NCBI RefSeq assembly: GCF_009914755.1
Contig: NC_060931.1
Source: the human T2T-CHM13v2.0 reference genome, Homo sapiens
Length of the DNA stretch: 64,000 nt
Strand: one strand, 5' to 3'
A program made the position numbers and the translations under genes. Within the stretch, counting starts at the first letter, position 1. Each line of letters starts with the position of its first letter. Positions 1-17,439 of this stretch are shown piece by piece. The notes beneath the pieces were generated by a model. It saw nothing but the letters and a program-made list of their open reading frames with translations. It was not told the origin of the DNA and did not search any database.

Positions 1-2191
1 CTTCTCAGAAAAATAACCTCCATGAATTAAAAAAAAAATAAAAAACTTTCAAAAAAGATAACAAGGAAAAGAATGTTGAGCTTTCAGGAGTTTCAAAAAT
101 GGGAGCAAGTGTGTGATACCTAAGAAGTTTACAGCTATTATTTGGTACAATTGAATTAAAAAATAAAGAGAAACATTCATTTTATTAATCTTTCAAATTG
201 AATGTTGCTATAAGAAAAAATCAAAGGAAAAATAAAACAATAATTCTGACTACAATTGTATTTAAACACATTGAAATTTTTATACATAAAATTCTGAAAA
301 TTCCTATCTGGTTAATTCTGTTTAAAACTATATATATTAACCTCAGTAAAATTAGACATATTGGTGGTAAAATTGTACTTGATAAAATGTGTTACTGATT
401 AAAATCAAATAAGATAACTAAATGTTTTAACTATTAATATCTCCAAATTTGATCAAGCAAAATGCACTTAGCCGGAAAATAAAACTGCAAGACAGAAGTT
501 GTTATAAAATTTGATACAAATTATAGAATTAAATGAATCTATCCTTATAGTACAATTTATGACAGAAAAAATCAAGTTACATGAAAGTAATTTAAATATT
601 TTATCTTCATATTATGGAAAATTATCAAAACACATTTGTGTTAACTTCAAAACCTGTATCTCAAAATTGACTGTTTATGCACTTATCAAATATTTGCACT
701 CATCAACATGAATTTTGGAGATCCACAAGGTAAAAAGATAAGTGAAAAGTTAATCAAAATAATTGGTTCAAAATGGTAGAATAAAAATATTTTTTATTTT
801 AACATCTATCCACAAATACTAAAGAAGTCTGATTTAGCCAAAATTCTTCACATCCATATGTAATTTTAAAAGACCATGATTGTTGTAATTGATAGAGGAA
901 GCGAATTTCTGCATGGCTTTATTTCTAGATGCCTATGAACATTGTAGTTTCAAAAGGTTGTTGTCAATTAAGTGTTGTAATTCACTTAAGAAAAAAAGGA
1001 GAAAAAGGAAATATGACACTGTCAGAGTTACTCTGTTTTAAGCTGTGAACAGAGAAAAAATCATTTCAAAGTTTTCTAAACTATAGCTAGCATTATTTTA
1101 ATATTAGACATTGGAATATATGTATTATAATTCTACACAGGCCTCTAGGTCATGTTTGCTTTTTAGTGACTCTCATTTGAATGAGAGAGGAACAAAAGCA
1201 ACTGAACAGAATCTTGAACAGCCATATAGAACAACCTAAGTGCCAGATCCTCTTTTTTGTTGTTGATCTTATAGTATTTATCTCTTATTGTTTCTGTTCC
1301 CTGTGGTTCTTATGTATCACCTGCTAACCATTTGGCCTAATATACTGGCCATCAACTCCTGAATATACCATTGCCACTATTGAAAATAAACAAATTGTAT
1401 AGACTTTCAAATAAATTTACCTTCTATATGTGTTTTTATTTCTGTTAGTAGATTCATTTTTGCCTTGACCTTCATATTTCATTTGACATCTGCTTTCCTC
1501 GTTTTCTATAACATTTTCATTTTAAGATACAGAAATCGTAGCAAATCTTTGTCATGGATATTATCATGAATGATTTCAAAATTAGGTATAGATTTTTGAC
1601 ATAGATAAAATGATGCACAACGGAAGATATGACTGATAGTCAATGGTTATTTTTCTTAACTACAATCCAAGGTTACTATAATTATTTGAAAGAGTAACTA
1701 TGTACTGAGGGAGGATACACACTTATACCATGATAACTATGTAAGAGAAAGATACCCATTGCATCACAAATAAAGCAAAGCGTGTCTGTAACAGGGTTTG
1801 GGGTGGATCCACATTTTTTGCTCTGCAATGAAAACAGAACCATTGTTTTACTCTTTAAGGCAGTGTATTGAAAGTAGTTAGCAAAACCCCTGTATCATCT
1901 ACCCCAATCATTGAGAAAACTGATGTTTCCCACATATCAAAAGGAGCCTGGAACAAAGATACATAATATATAAATTTTTTTTTGGCATTCAGTTTGAAAA
2001 GTAATGAAGGGAATATGAACATACAACAACAACAAAAACAAAAGGAACAATCTCTCTCTTTTGGTAATATAAAATCTTTGTTTCTTTTTAATCAAAATAA
2101 TCAAAACACAATCTAGTCCCTAAAGCAGACGTACCAAACATTGACAATCTCTAGAAGACACCTGGGTGGAATTGAACCTTGATAAATGCAT

Positions 2192-2215
2192 ACACACACA
2201 CACACACACACACAC
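2192..2215. repeat. (AC)12 microsatellite followed by T9
   Basis: Directly visible. Confidence 0.97.
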
Positions 2216-2234
2216 TTTTTTTTTAGTGTTAAGA

Positions 2235-2680
2235 GTGAATTTATTCATGCATGTATTCAACAGATATATATTGAATGCCCCATATGTGTCATCTGCTCTA
2301 CTAGGCATGAAAAAATGTTTAGAAATAAATAAAACAGGGTCCCTAGCGAGAGGTAATTCAACATCTAGGAATAAATACACACATCAACAAATAAATTCTA
2401 AAATAATGTAGTATGTGCAGCAATAGAAAAATATATGTATTAACATGAGAACACTATAGAGAGGCATCTAATTTAGGTTGATGGTACTAGGGGAGAAGCA
2501 AAAAAGACCCCCTGTAAGTGCTGATAACCAAACTAAACTTTAAATAATTCAATTCATTTTTTCAGAAAATATTTGTTGAGGGTCTACTACATGCCAGACA
2601 CTAGTGCTGGCAATAGATCAAGAAACTAAATATTTTAGTGCATGAATTCCATTTACAATTTACACTCTAGTGGATGAGAA
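2235..2680 (-). mobile_element. L2 LINE 3'-end relics (two adjacent pieces)
   Basis: Resemble the antisense L2 terminus (attcaacagatatatattgaatgccc..., aatatttgttgagggtctactacatgccagacact...). Confidence 0.65.
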
Positions 2681-4005
2681 TTTAGTGAAGCAAATGGCAG
2701 GGGTAGGTATAAAGGAAAATCACAAGGTGAATTATGCTGAGTTTAAAACTTGAGAAAGTTACAGTGAGAAACTAAGCAAGAGTTGGGGATAGCGGTCATA
2801 GTATAGAAAGCCGGTAGCTCATGTTAGTGCTTGGTACTACGAATTGGAAATGAATTTAGTTCTCTCTATATAACTTCTTGCATGTAACTTTGCAAAATAT
2901 TGATTAGCAAGTGTCATAGTTATATTTTTATTTGTGACAAATCTCTGAGGAATTATATTTAATATGGCAGGCATTATGGGAGAGACAAATACCGAAGCCA
3001 GATAATTTAGGACATTTCTGCATCTCAGTATTTAATCTCCACAGACTGGCATCGTCATCTTTACACAGGTTCTACAAATGAAGTGAAGTATGAGAATTTT
3101 TGGCTAAGAAGACTAGAACTATAGTTAATCATGTTATATTGTATACTCTCAAGATATGGTATTATTTTATAACTGCAGGATTGCAGAAACCTCACTTGGA
3201 GGCCTTTTGCAGTGTTTGAAAGATGACAGGATCTTCTATCATCAAGATTTTCCTGAACAGTATAGCAGTTTTCTTTTCAATGCTATAGTCACATAATTAA
3301 TCATAATATTATGTGACTATTAAGTAAAAAAGAGAGTAATATAAAAAATTTAGATGCTGATCATGAGGCTAGATCAAATTATATTCTGATGTAGTGTTTA
3401 AAATGCACTTCCTTTTCCGAAAGCTTTGAAGTGTTTGAGCTCAGGATCACACTGCCTAATCTTGTCCCTGGATCAACTTGGTCATAGTATGTTTAAAGCA
3501 GATCAGGCCATACAGCATCTGTTCCAGAAACCTAAGATGTCTGATTGCCATGGAATTACATTCAGACTGTTTGAAGTGTATCTTTTCATGCAATACAGAA
3601 GTCATCCTTCTAAAACGCTACTGTGAGAGGGCAACCATGACTAAGAAACTGTCGAAATAAGTTCTGCCTAAGTGCTTTTTAAGTGCAAATAGTTTGAGAA
3701 TGAAGTGTCTCATACAGAACAGTACTTCAGAGAGTAGGCACTCAATAAATATTAAACTACAAGAGTCCACACTAAAATAGTTCTTAACAAAAAATAAATC
3801 AACTTCACTCTCACCAAGATCTACTTCTTGCATACCAAATGTGCATTTGGTGCTATGTACATATATACAAGTCAAGAGATACTTTTTCAGGTTCAAGAAA
3901 TTTAAGAACAGGCAAAATAAAAAATAAGGCAAACACACATACAACTAGGGATTGGATAACTGACTTTTCACCGAATCAGTGTTACTTCAGCTTTCCCATG
4001 GAACA

Positions 4006-4272
4006 CGCTCTGCAATGCAAGCTCCGCCTCCTGGCTTCAAGCTTCCTTGAGTAGCTGGGACTCAGTAGCTAGGACTCAGTAGCTGCCTCAGCCTCCCGAG
4101 TAGCTGGGACTACAGGCGCCCACCACCACGCCCGGCTATTTTTTTTGTATTTTTAGTAGAGATTGGGTTTCACCATGTTACTCAGGAAGGTCTGGATCTC
4201 CTGATCTTGTGATCCGCCCACCTTGGCCTCCCAAAGTGTTGGGATTACAGGCGTGAGCCACCGCGCCTGGCC
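4006..4272 (-). mobile_element. AluY-like SINE with rearranged, tail-less right arm
   Basis: Antisense Alu ending gtgagccaccgcgcctggcc at 4272; Y-type gcaagctccgcc and gactacaggcgccc; no poly-T tail; internal tandem repeats. Confidence 0.92.
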
Positions 4273-4845
4273 CTATATCTAAGTTTTAAAATAATTTAAA
4301 ACACTTGTGTGAGGAAAATCATCTCAATGAGCTGGTGTGTTGCCCTTACAAACTATTTTTGTCCATGGCTGAGACAATGAATCCATAAAAAAATTTAATT
4401 AATTAATATCCATAATGGATGGACTCCAAGAGTGCCCCTACCTTCCACCTAACAAACACACTCTGATTCTTCTCTCCCAGATAGACTATGTCATTATCAT
4501 GTAATTGAATCTTGTCTGGCTTCTACCTCTCTGCCCAAGCCCTTTGGATGGATCCCAAAATCCTTTGCTATAAGTCTCTGTCTCTAAATTCTTCCTGGGT
4601 TTCCAGTGTGCAGATAAGGCTGGAGGCTTTTTCCCACCCTTTGCTTAGCCAGCCTCTTGAAATTATACTTTACTGGGAGGGGAATTTTTATAGAGAGAAT
4701 ATGAATTGATTTGTTAGAAGTAACAAACATTAACTAGGAAAGCAAATAAAATAGAAAGGATAAAATATTTAAATGTGGAATCTTTGCAATGTGTAGAGTT
4801 TGTTCAAGCGTGAGCAGTGAGTCTGAGAGGAAATGCCAAAACCAA

Positions 4846-5030
4846 GCCTGACACAGTGGCATGGCCTGTAATCCAACTATGAGGGAGTTTGAGGCAAGAG
4901 AATTGCTTTGTCCCGGGATTTCAAAGTTGTAGTGCACTATGATTGCACCTGTGAATAGCCATGCACTACAGCCTGGGCAACATAGTGAGACCCTCATTCT
5001 GGAGAAGAAGAGGAAGAACAAAGAGGAGGA
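4846..5030 (+). mobile_element. FAM (fossil Alu monomer, 7SL-derived) with GA-rich tail
   Basis: Monomer with FAM-type gtagtgcactatgattgcacctgtgaatagcca...cagcctgggcaacatagtgagaccc. Confidence 0.85.
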
Positions 5031-5677
5031 TCAAAGTTACTCTACATCTATAGAAAGACTGCAACATCATTACAGGTTTTAAGAGATTTTATTGATATTA
5101 TAGATAAAAAAGTTTGCAAAGAAGGGATTTGTATCTTCTTTAGTTGGAGATATATATTAAAAATGGGATGACTTGTATGCCTTCAATGAGTTGAAATATG
5201 TGGATACTGATATTGTCAGGAAAAACCTATAATGTGACTTAATGGTCGACTTTGGTTATTCTTTTTAACTCTGATTGTTAAGTGAAGGCAGGCAAACATT
5301 CTAATTATGTTCAGTAATTGTTTCTTTGAATTTTCACAATGTTAAAAATGCAACATCCATATAAATATAAATATCAAAAATAGTGTTTTACTCAAACATT
5401 TTTATCTCAAAATTATCTCAAAATTATGCTGGCAGTGAAGATGTCGTTCATAACTATAGATCAGTTTTCTTTGGGGGGTCTATATCAGATCTTCTTTGGG
5501 TAATTTTAATATTTTTTATTTCTTTTAAAAATGTCATGGGAATATAGTGTATATATTTACAGGGCACATGTGATATTCTGATACAGGCATACACTGTGTA
5601 ATAATCACATCAGGATAAATGGGTTATCCCTCACCTGAAGCATTTATCATTTCTTAGTGTTACAAACCTTCCAATTA

Positions 5678-8673
<2,996 letters not shown>

Positions 8674-11470
8674 ACAATGAGATCACATGGACACAGTAAG
8701 GGAAACATCACACTCTGGGGTCTGTTGTGGGGTAGGGGGAGGGGGGAGGGATAGCATTGGGAGATATACCTAATGCTAGATGTCGAGTTGGTGGGTGCAG
8801 CGCACCAGCATGTCACATGTATACATACGTAACTAACCTGCACATTGTGCACATGTATCCTAAAACTTAAAGTATAATAATAATAAATAAATAAATAAAT
8901 AAATTTTTAAAAAAGCACAATAAATTATTTTCAAATATAATTATGCATTGGGCTGTAAAATACTAGCTCTTATTCATTTTAACTATATTTTTGTACCCAT
9001 TAACCTCTTCCTCCACTCCCCAAAACACTCCCCAGTCTGGTAACCATCATTCTGTTTGCTCTCTCCATTAGTTCAAATGTTTTATGTTTTAGCTGTTACA
9101 AATTGTGAAAATAAGCAAAATTAATCTCCTTGCCTGGTTTATTTTACTTGATATAATGTCCTCTATTTCCTTTCTGGTTCCATTCATGTTGTCGTAAATG
9201 ACAAAATGTCATTCTTTTTATGGCTGAATAGTACTCCATTGTGTATATGTACAACATTTTCTTACCCATTTGTCTGTTGATAGATAATTAGTTTCCTTCC
9301 AAATATTGGTTATTGTGAATAGTGCTTCAGTGAAGATGGGAATGCAGACACCACGTCAATATACTGAGTTCCTTTCTTTTGGGTAAATGCCTAGAAGTGG
9401 AATTGCTGGATAATATGGTAGTTCAATTTTGAGTTTTGTCTGGAACTTCTGTACTGTTCTCCATAATGGTCGCACTAACTTTCTTTCCCAATGCACTTCC
9501 TTTTCTAAATTTACATTCCAAATACAGCAATTCCAAATCCTCAGGAGCATTCATTATTGCCTGCCTTTTGGATAAAAGTCATTTTAACTGAAATGAAATG
9601 ATATTTCATTGTAGTTTTTATTTGCATTTCTCTGATGACCAATGAGCACCCTGTTACATACCTGTTTACAATTTGTATGTCTTCTTTTTAGAAATATCTA
9701 TTCAGATCTTTGGCCCATTTTTAATCAGATTATTACATTTTTTCCTATTGAGTTTTTTGAGCTACTTTTGTATTCTGCACATTAATCCCATGTCATATGG
9801 ATAGTCTGAAATATTTTTTCCTATTCTGTGGGTTGTCTCTTCACTTTGCTGCTTGTTTCCTCTGCTGTGCAGAAGCTTTTTAACTTAATGGGATCCCATT
9901 TGTTCATTTTTGCTTTGATTGTCTGTGATGGTTCATGAAAGATTTGCCCAGACCAATGTCCGCAAGAGTTTCTCTAATGTTTTCTTTTAGTAATTCCATA
10001 GTTTGAAGTTTTATATTTGTCTTTAATCCATTTTTATTTGATTTTTATATATGATAATAGTGGTCTAGTTTCATTATTCTGCATATAGATATCCATTTTT
10101 CCCAGCATTGTTTATAAATGAACTGTCCTTTCCACAATGTATGCTCTTGGAACCTTTGTTGAAAAGCAGTTAGTTAAAAATGTGTGGATTTATTTCCAGG
10201 TTCTCTATTCTGTTCCATTGGTCTATGTGTCTGTTTTAAGCCAGTACCCTGTTGTTTTGGTTCCAATAGCTGTATAGTGTAATTTGAAGTCAGGTAATGT
10301 GATTCTCCAATTTTGTTATTTTGCTTAGGATACATTGGCTCTTCTGGGTCTCTTGTGGTTCCTTATAAATCTTAGGATTGTTTTATCTATTTATGTGAAG
10401 AATGTCATTTGCATTTTGATAGGGATTACATTGAATCTGCAGATTGCTTTGGGTAGGGTGGACATTTTAACAATATTTATTCTTCCAATCCATGAACATG
10501 GAATATCTTTCCATTTATTTGTATTCTCTTCATTTTGTTGATCCAGTGTTTCATAATTTCATTATACACATCTTTCACTGGTTTAGTTTATGCCTAGGTA
10601 TTTTATTTTATTTGTAGGTATTGTAAATGATATTACTTTATTGATTTCTTTTTCAGACTGTTTGGTATTGACATATAGAAATGCTACTGGTTTTTGTTGG
10701 GTGATACTGTATCCTTGAACTGTACTGAATTTACATATCAATTCAAATAGTGTTTCGATAGAGTCCTTAGGTTTTTCAAAATATAGTATCATACCATTGC
10801 AAACAATGATAATTTGACTTCTTCCTTTGCAATTTGGATGCCATTTATTTCTTTGGTCTTGTCTGATTGCTTTAATTAAATCTTCCAGTACTATGTTGAA
10901 TAACAGTGATGAAAGTGGGCATCCTTGTCATTTTCCAGATCTTTGAGGAAAGGCTTTCAATTTATCCTCATTCAATATGATACCAGCTGTGAGCCTGTCA
11001 TATGTAGTTGTTATTGTGTTGAGGCATGTTCCTTGTATACCCAGTTTTTTAGGGGTTTTATCCTGAATGGATGTTGAATTTTATGAAATGATTTTTCAAC
11101 ATCAATGGAAATTATCTTATAGTTTTTATTCTGCACTCCGTTGATCTGATGTATCACATTCCTGGATTTGCCTATGTTGAGTCATCTTTGGATCCTTGGA
11201 ATAAATCCCACTTAGTCGTGATTAATGATCTTTTTAATGTGTTGTTGAATTCAGTTTGCTGGTATTTTGTTGAGAATTTTTGCATCAATGTTCATTAGGG
11301 ATATTGGCCTGTAGTTTTCTCTTCTTTTCTTTGTCTGGTTTTGGTATCGTGATAGTACTGGCCTTGTAGAATGAGTTTGGAAGGATTTCCTCTTCCTCTA
11401 TTTTTTGGGAATAGTTTGAGTAAGATTGGTATTGGTTCTTCTTTACATGTTGGATAAAGTTCAGCAGTGA

Positions 11471-11858
<388 letters not shown>

Positions 11859-14800
11859 CTATTCAGGTTTTGAAGCTCTTCATAGCTCAATCTTCATAAA
11901 TTGTTTCTGTATATCTAGGAATGTATCTATTTCTTCCAGATTTTCTAATTTATTGGCACATATTTGCTCATAGTATTTTCTAATGGTCCTTTGAATTTCT
12001 GTGGTTTCAGTGTCAATGTCTCCTTTTCAATCTCTGATTGTATTGATTTGGATCTTCTGTCTTTCTTTCTTAGTTAGTCTGGCTAAAGATAGTTGATTTT
12101 GTTTATTTTTCAAAAAGCCAAATTTTCATTTATATATATATATTTTTTCTAGTTATTTAAAATGCATCATTCTGTTGTTTATTTGAAGTTTCTCTATTTT
12201 TTTGATATAGGTGCTTATTGCTATAAACTTTCCTCTTTGTTTTGCTTTTTCTGTATCCAATAGTTTTTCATATGTTGTGCTTCCACTTTTATTTGTTTCA
12301 ATAAATTTTTCAAGTTTCTTTTTAATTTCTTTATTGGCAAACTGGTCATTTGGAAGTATATTATTTAATATCCTTGTGTATAATTTCCAAAGTTTCTCTT
12401 ATTGTTGATTTCTAGTTTTATCCTTTGTGTTCAGAGAAGATACTTAGTATAATTTCATTTTTTTGATTTTTTTAAACTTGTTTTGTGGTTTAACATATGG
12501 AATATCCTTGAGAATGATTCATGAACTGAGGAGAAGAATGTTTATTCTGTAACCATTGGATGAAATGTTCTTTAAGTATTAGGGCCCTTTGTTCTACAGT
12601 GCAGATTAAGTTTGTGGTTTCTCGTTGATTTTCTGTTTGGATGATCTGTCCAATGCTGCAAGTAGGATGCTGAGGTCTCCTACTATTATTGTATTGGGGT
12701 CTCTCTCTTTCACTCTAACAATTTTGCTTTGTAAGTCTGGGTGCTCTGGTATTGGGTACATATATATTTAAAATTATCATATTCTCTTGCTGAATTGATT
12801 ATTTTATCATTATATTATGACTGTATTTGTCTGTTTTTATAGGTTTTGCCTTGAAATCTATTTTGTCTGACATAAGTATAGCTATTTCTACTTTTTTATT
12901 GTTTATAATTGCATGAAATATCTTTTTTCCATCCCTTTATTTTCAGTCTGTGTGCCTTTATGGGTAAAATCTGTTTCCTGCAGGCAATACAACATTAAGT
13001 CTTTTTTAAAAATCTATTCAGCGAGTTTTTTTTTTTTTATTGAAAAGTTTCTTCCATTTACATTCCATGTTGTTACTGATGAGGAAGGACCTACTCCTGA
13101 TATTTTGTTATTTGTTTTCTGGTTGTTTTGGCCTTCTCTTCCTTCTCTCTTTCCTTCCTATCTTCCTTTTTGTGAAGGTAGTTTTCATTGATGGTACATT
13201 TTAATTTCTGGCTTTTTATTTTTTGTGTATGCATTGTAGATTTTTTTTTGATTTGAGGTTACCATCAGGTTTGCAAATATATATTATATTAACCATTATT
13301 TTAAACTGATGACAACTTAATACTAATTGCAAAAACAAACACAAGCAAAGAGATAAGTAATAAAAACTCTTCACTTTAACTTCATTCCCTCACATTTTAA
13401 CTTTTTGTTTTTTCTGTTTAAATATTTTCATACTGTCTTTGTCTTGAAGATTATTGTAGTTATTATTTTTATAGCTTCATCTTTTAGTCTTTCTACTCAA
13501 GATATGAGTAGTTTGCACACCATAATTGCAGTGTTATCATAGTGTATGTTTGTCTGTGCACTTACTATTTCCAGTGAGTATTGTACCTTCAGATGATTCA
13601 TTATTACTCATTATTGTCCTTTTATTTCAGATAGAAAAACTCCCATTAGCATTTCTCATAGGATAGATCTGGTGTTGATAAAATCCTTTAGCTTTTGTTT
13701 GTCTGGAAAAGTATTTCTTCTTCATGTGTGTTGGATATTTTCACTGGATATACTAATCTAGGGTAAAAGATTTTTTCCTTTAACATTTTAAATATGCCAT
13801 GCCACTCTTTCCTAGCCTGTAAGGTTTCCACTGAGAAGTCTGCTGTCAGACATATTGGAGATATTTTGTATGTTACTTGTTTATTTGCTCTTGCTGCTTT
13901 AGGATCCTTTCTTTATCCTTGTGTTTTGGGAGTTTGATTATTAAATACCTGGAGGTAGTCTTACTTGGGTTAAATCTGCTTCATGTTCTACAACCTTCTT
14001 GTACTTGAATGGTGATATATTTCTCTAGGTTGTGAAAGTTTTCTGTTTTTATCCATTTGAATAAAATGGGTAAAATTTCTACCTCTATCTCTATATCTAC
14101 CTCCTCTTTAAGGCTATTTCCTAAATTATGTAGACATGCTTCATTCTTCTTTGTTCTTTTTTCTTTTGTCTCCTCTGACTGTGTATTTTCAAATAGCCTT
14201 TCCTCAAGCTAAATAATTCTTTCTTCTATCTTCTTGATCTTGAGACATTCTGATGCATTCTTCAGTATGTCAGTTAATTTTTTCATCTTCAGAATTTCTG
14301 CTTGATTTTTAACAATTATTTTGATCTCTTTGTTAAATTCATCTGATAAGATTCTTAATTCCTTCACTGTGTTATCAGGAATTTTATTGAGCTTCCTCAA
14401 AACAGCTATTTTGAATTATCTGTCTGAAAGTTCACATATCTCTGTCACTCTGTGATTGGTCAGCGGTGCCTTATTTAGTTTGGTGAGACTGTGTCTTTCT
14501 GGATATTCTTGAAGCTTGTGGGTGTCCATCAATGTCTGGGCATTGAAGAGTTAGGTATTTATTGTAGTCTTCACAGTCTGGGCTTGTTTGTACCTGTCCT
14601 TCTTGAGAAGTCTTTCCAGGTATTCAAAGGGAATTGAGTGTTTTGATGTAAGTCTGGTCACTGCAGCCGTATCACCCACAAGGGGCACCCCAAGACCAGT
14701 AACATTTTGACTTGTACAGACTTGTAGAGGTACTGCCTTGTTGGTCTTGAGTAAGGTCTGGGAGAATTCCCTGGATTAGCACTTAGAGACTCTTGTTCTT

Positions 14801-16215
14801 GTCCCCTAATTTCCTCACAAGAAAACAGAGACTCTCTTTTTATGCTGAGCTTCTTAGAGTTGACAGAAGGGTGACAGAAGCATCCCAGTGACCACTAGCA
14901 CTGGTACTATTCTGAGTTAGACCAGAAGCCAGCACAGCACTGGGTTTCACTCAAGGCCCACTTCCAATATTCACTCACGAATCAAGCACTGTTAACTCAG
15001 CAGTTGAATCCAGCCAGAATTGTGTCCTTCCCTTAATAGCGGTGAGCTCCCCCTTGGCTCAGGGAAGGTCTAAAAATGCCACCTGAGAGCTAGGGACTGT
15101 AATTGGGAACCAGAGGAATCTACTTAGTTCTGTATTCTACTGAAGCTGCATTGGCACCCAAAGAACAAGACAAATTTCTTCTCTCTCTTCTTTCTCCTTT
15201 CCTGATGCAGAATGAGTCTCCTCCTGCCCCAAGCCCACAGTGAGAGCTATCTGGAAACTGCTGATGTTTATTCAAGGCCAAAGGGCTCTTCACTTAGCTT
15301 TTAGCAAATGCTGCCAGGACTAGGTCTCTTTCTTCAGGATAGTAGGCTCCCCACTGGTCCAGGGAAGATCAAGAAATGTCATCCAGAAGCCAAAGTCTAG
15401 ACAGGGATCTTAAGATCCAGTGGGGAAGGGTTGTTTGCAGCAATTGGACACTGTTTTTTGTTGTTGTTGTTGTTGTTTTTCTTTTTTTTTCCCTGTTTCC
15501 TTGATATAATGTTAAAGCCAGGTACTTTGATCACTCATCTGATTTTTGGTTCTTACAAAGGTGTTTTCTTGTATGAAGAGTTGTTCAATTTGGTGTTCCT
15601 GCACTGAGGGGGTAAGTGTGGGAGGAGAATGATCACTGAGGATTCCACTTGGTCCTCTAACTAAAGGCAGTAGTTCTCTTGTAGAATTAGAGATTTTCTC
15701 CTGTTAAGGCTTTGGTTCCCCTCAGTTCACACATTTTCATTTCATGAAAATGATATTATAAAGTATGTAATTTTAGTCCATTATTTAAAATTACAAGAAG
15801 TTTAAAAAATAATGTTCTTTTACTTTAGTTTCTCTTCAAATGTAAAAATGAATGCTTAAATGACATGTAGTAACAAAGAACGTCTAGATATCGATTTATA
15901 AATGCTGTTCAGCTATAAAAGCAATCAAGAATCCCTGAAAAAGTGTTTGAGCCTAAGACTGAGATAGAGATAATACAAAATGAATCCATAGTATAGTGTA
16001 GTGCCAGGAAGTATAAAAGTATAAAGAAGAAGGAGGAGGACAACAATGACAAAAAAGAGAAGTACAAGAAGACATGTTAAAGAGATGTAAGAGCAAATGT
16101 AAAAGACTTAGCAATTACCAAAAAGGTAGCAAGTTCAGCAACAAAATAAATAACTACAGTATTATATAGCCCTAAGATAAAGTGAATACTATTGAATTTG
16201 GAATGATAAAAATAA

Positions 16216-17430
<1,215 letters not shown>

Positions 17431-17439
17431 CAAAGTCTT

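Noticed and set aside
1-900. Possible very old L1 ORF2 relic (similar hints at ~37540-37800, 38650-39900, 62880-63330)
   Set aside because: Resemblance is too weak to call family or boundaries by eye.
3160-3270. Acceptor-like ttattttataactgcAG at 3178 (and a lone donor cag|gtatgt near 40960)
   Set aside because: No convincing partner splice site; expected by chance.
8717-8750. G-quadruplex-like G tract (also ~56199-56232)
   Set aside because: Standard, well-known feature of the L1PA 3'UTR.
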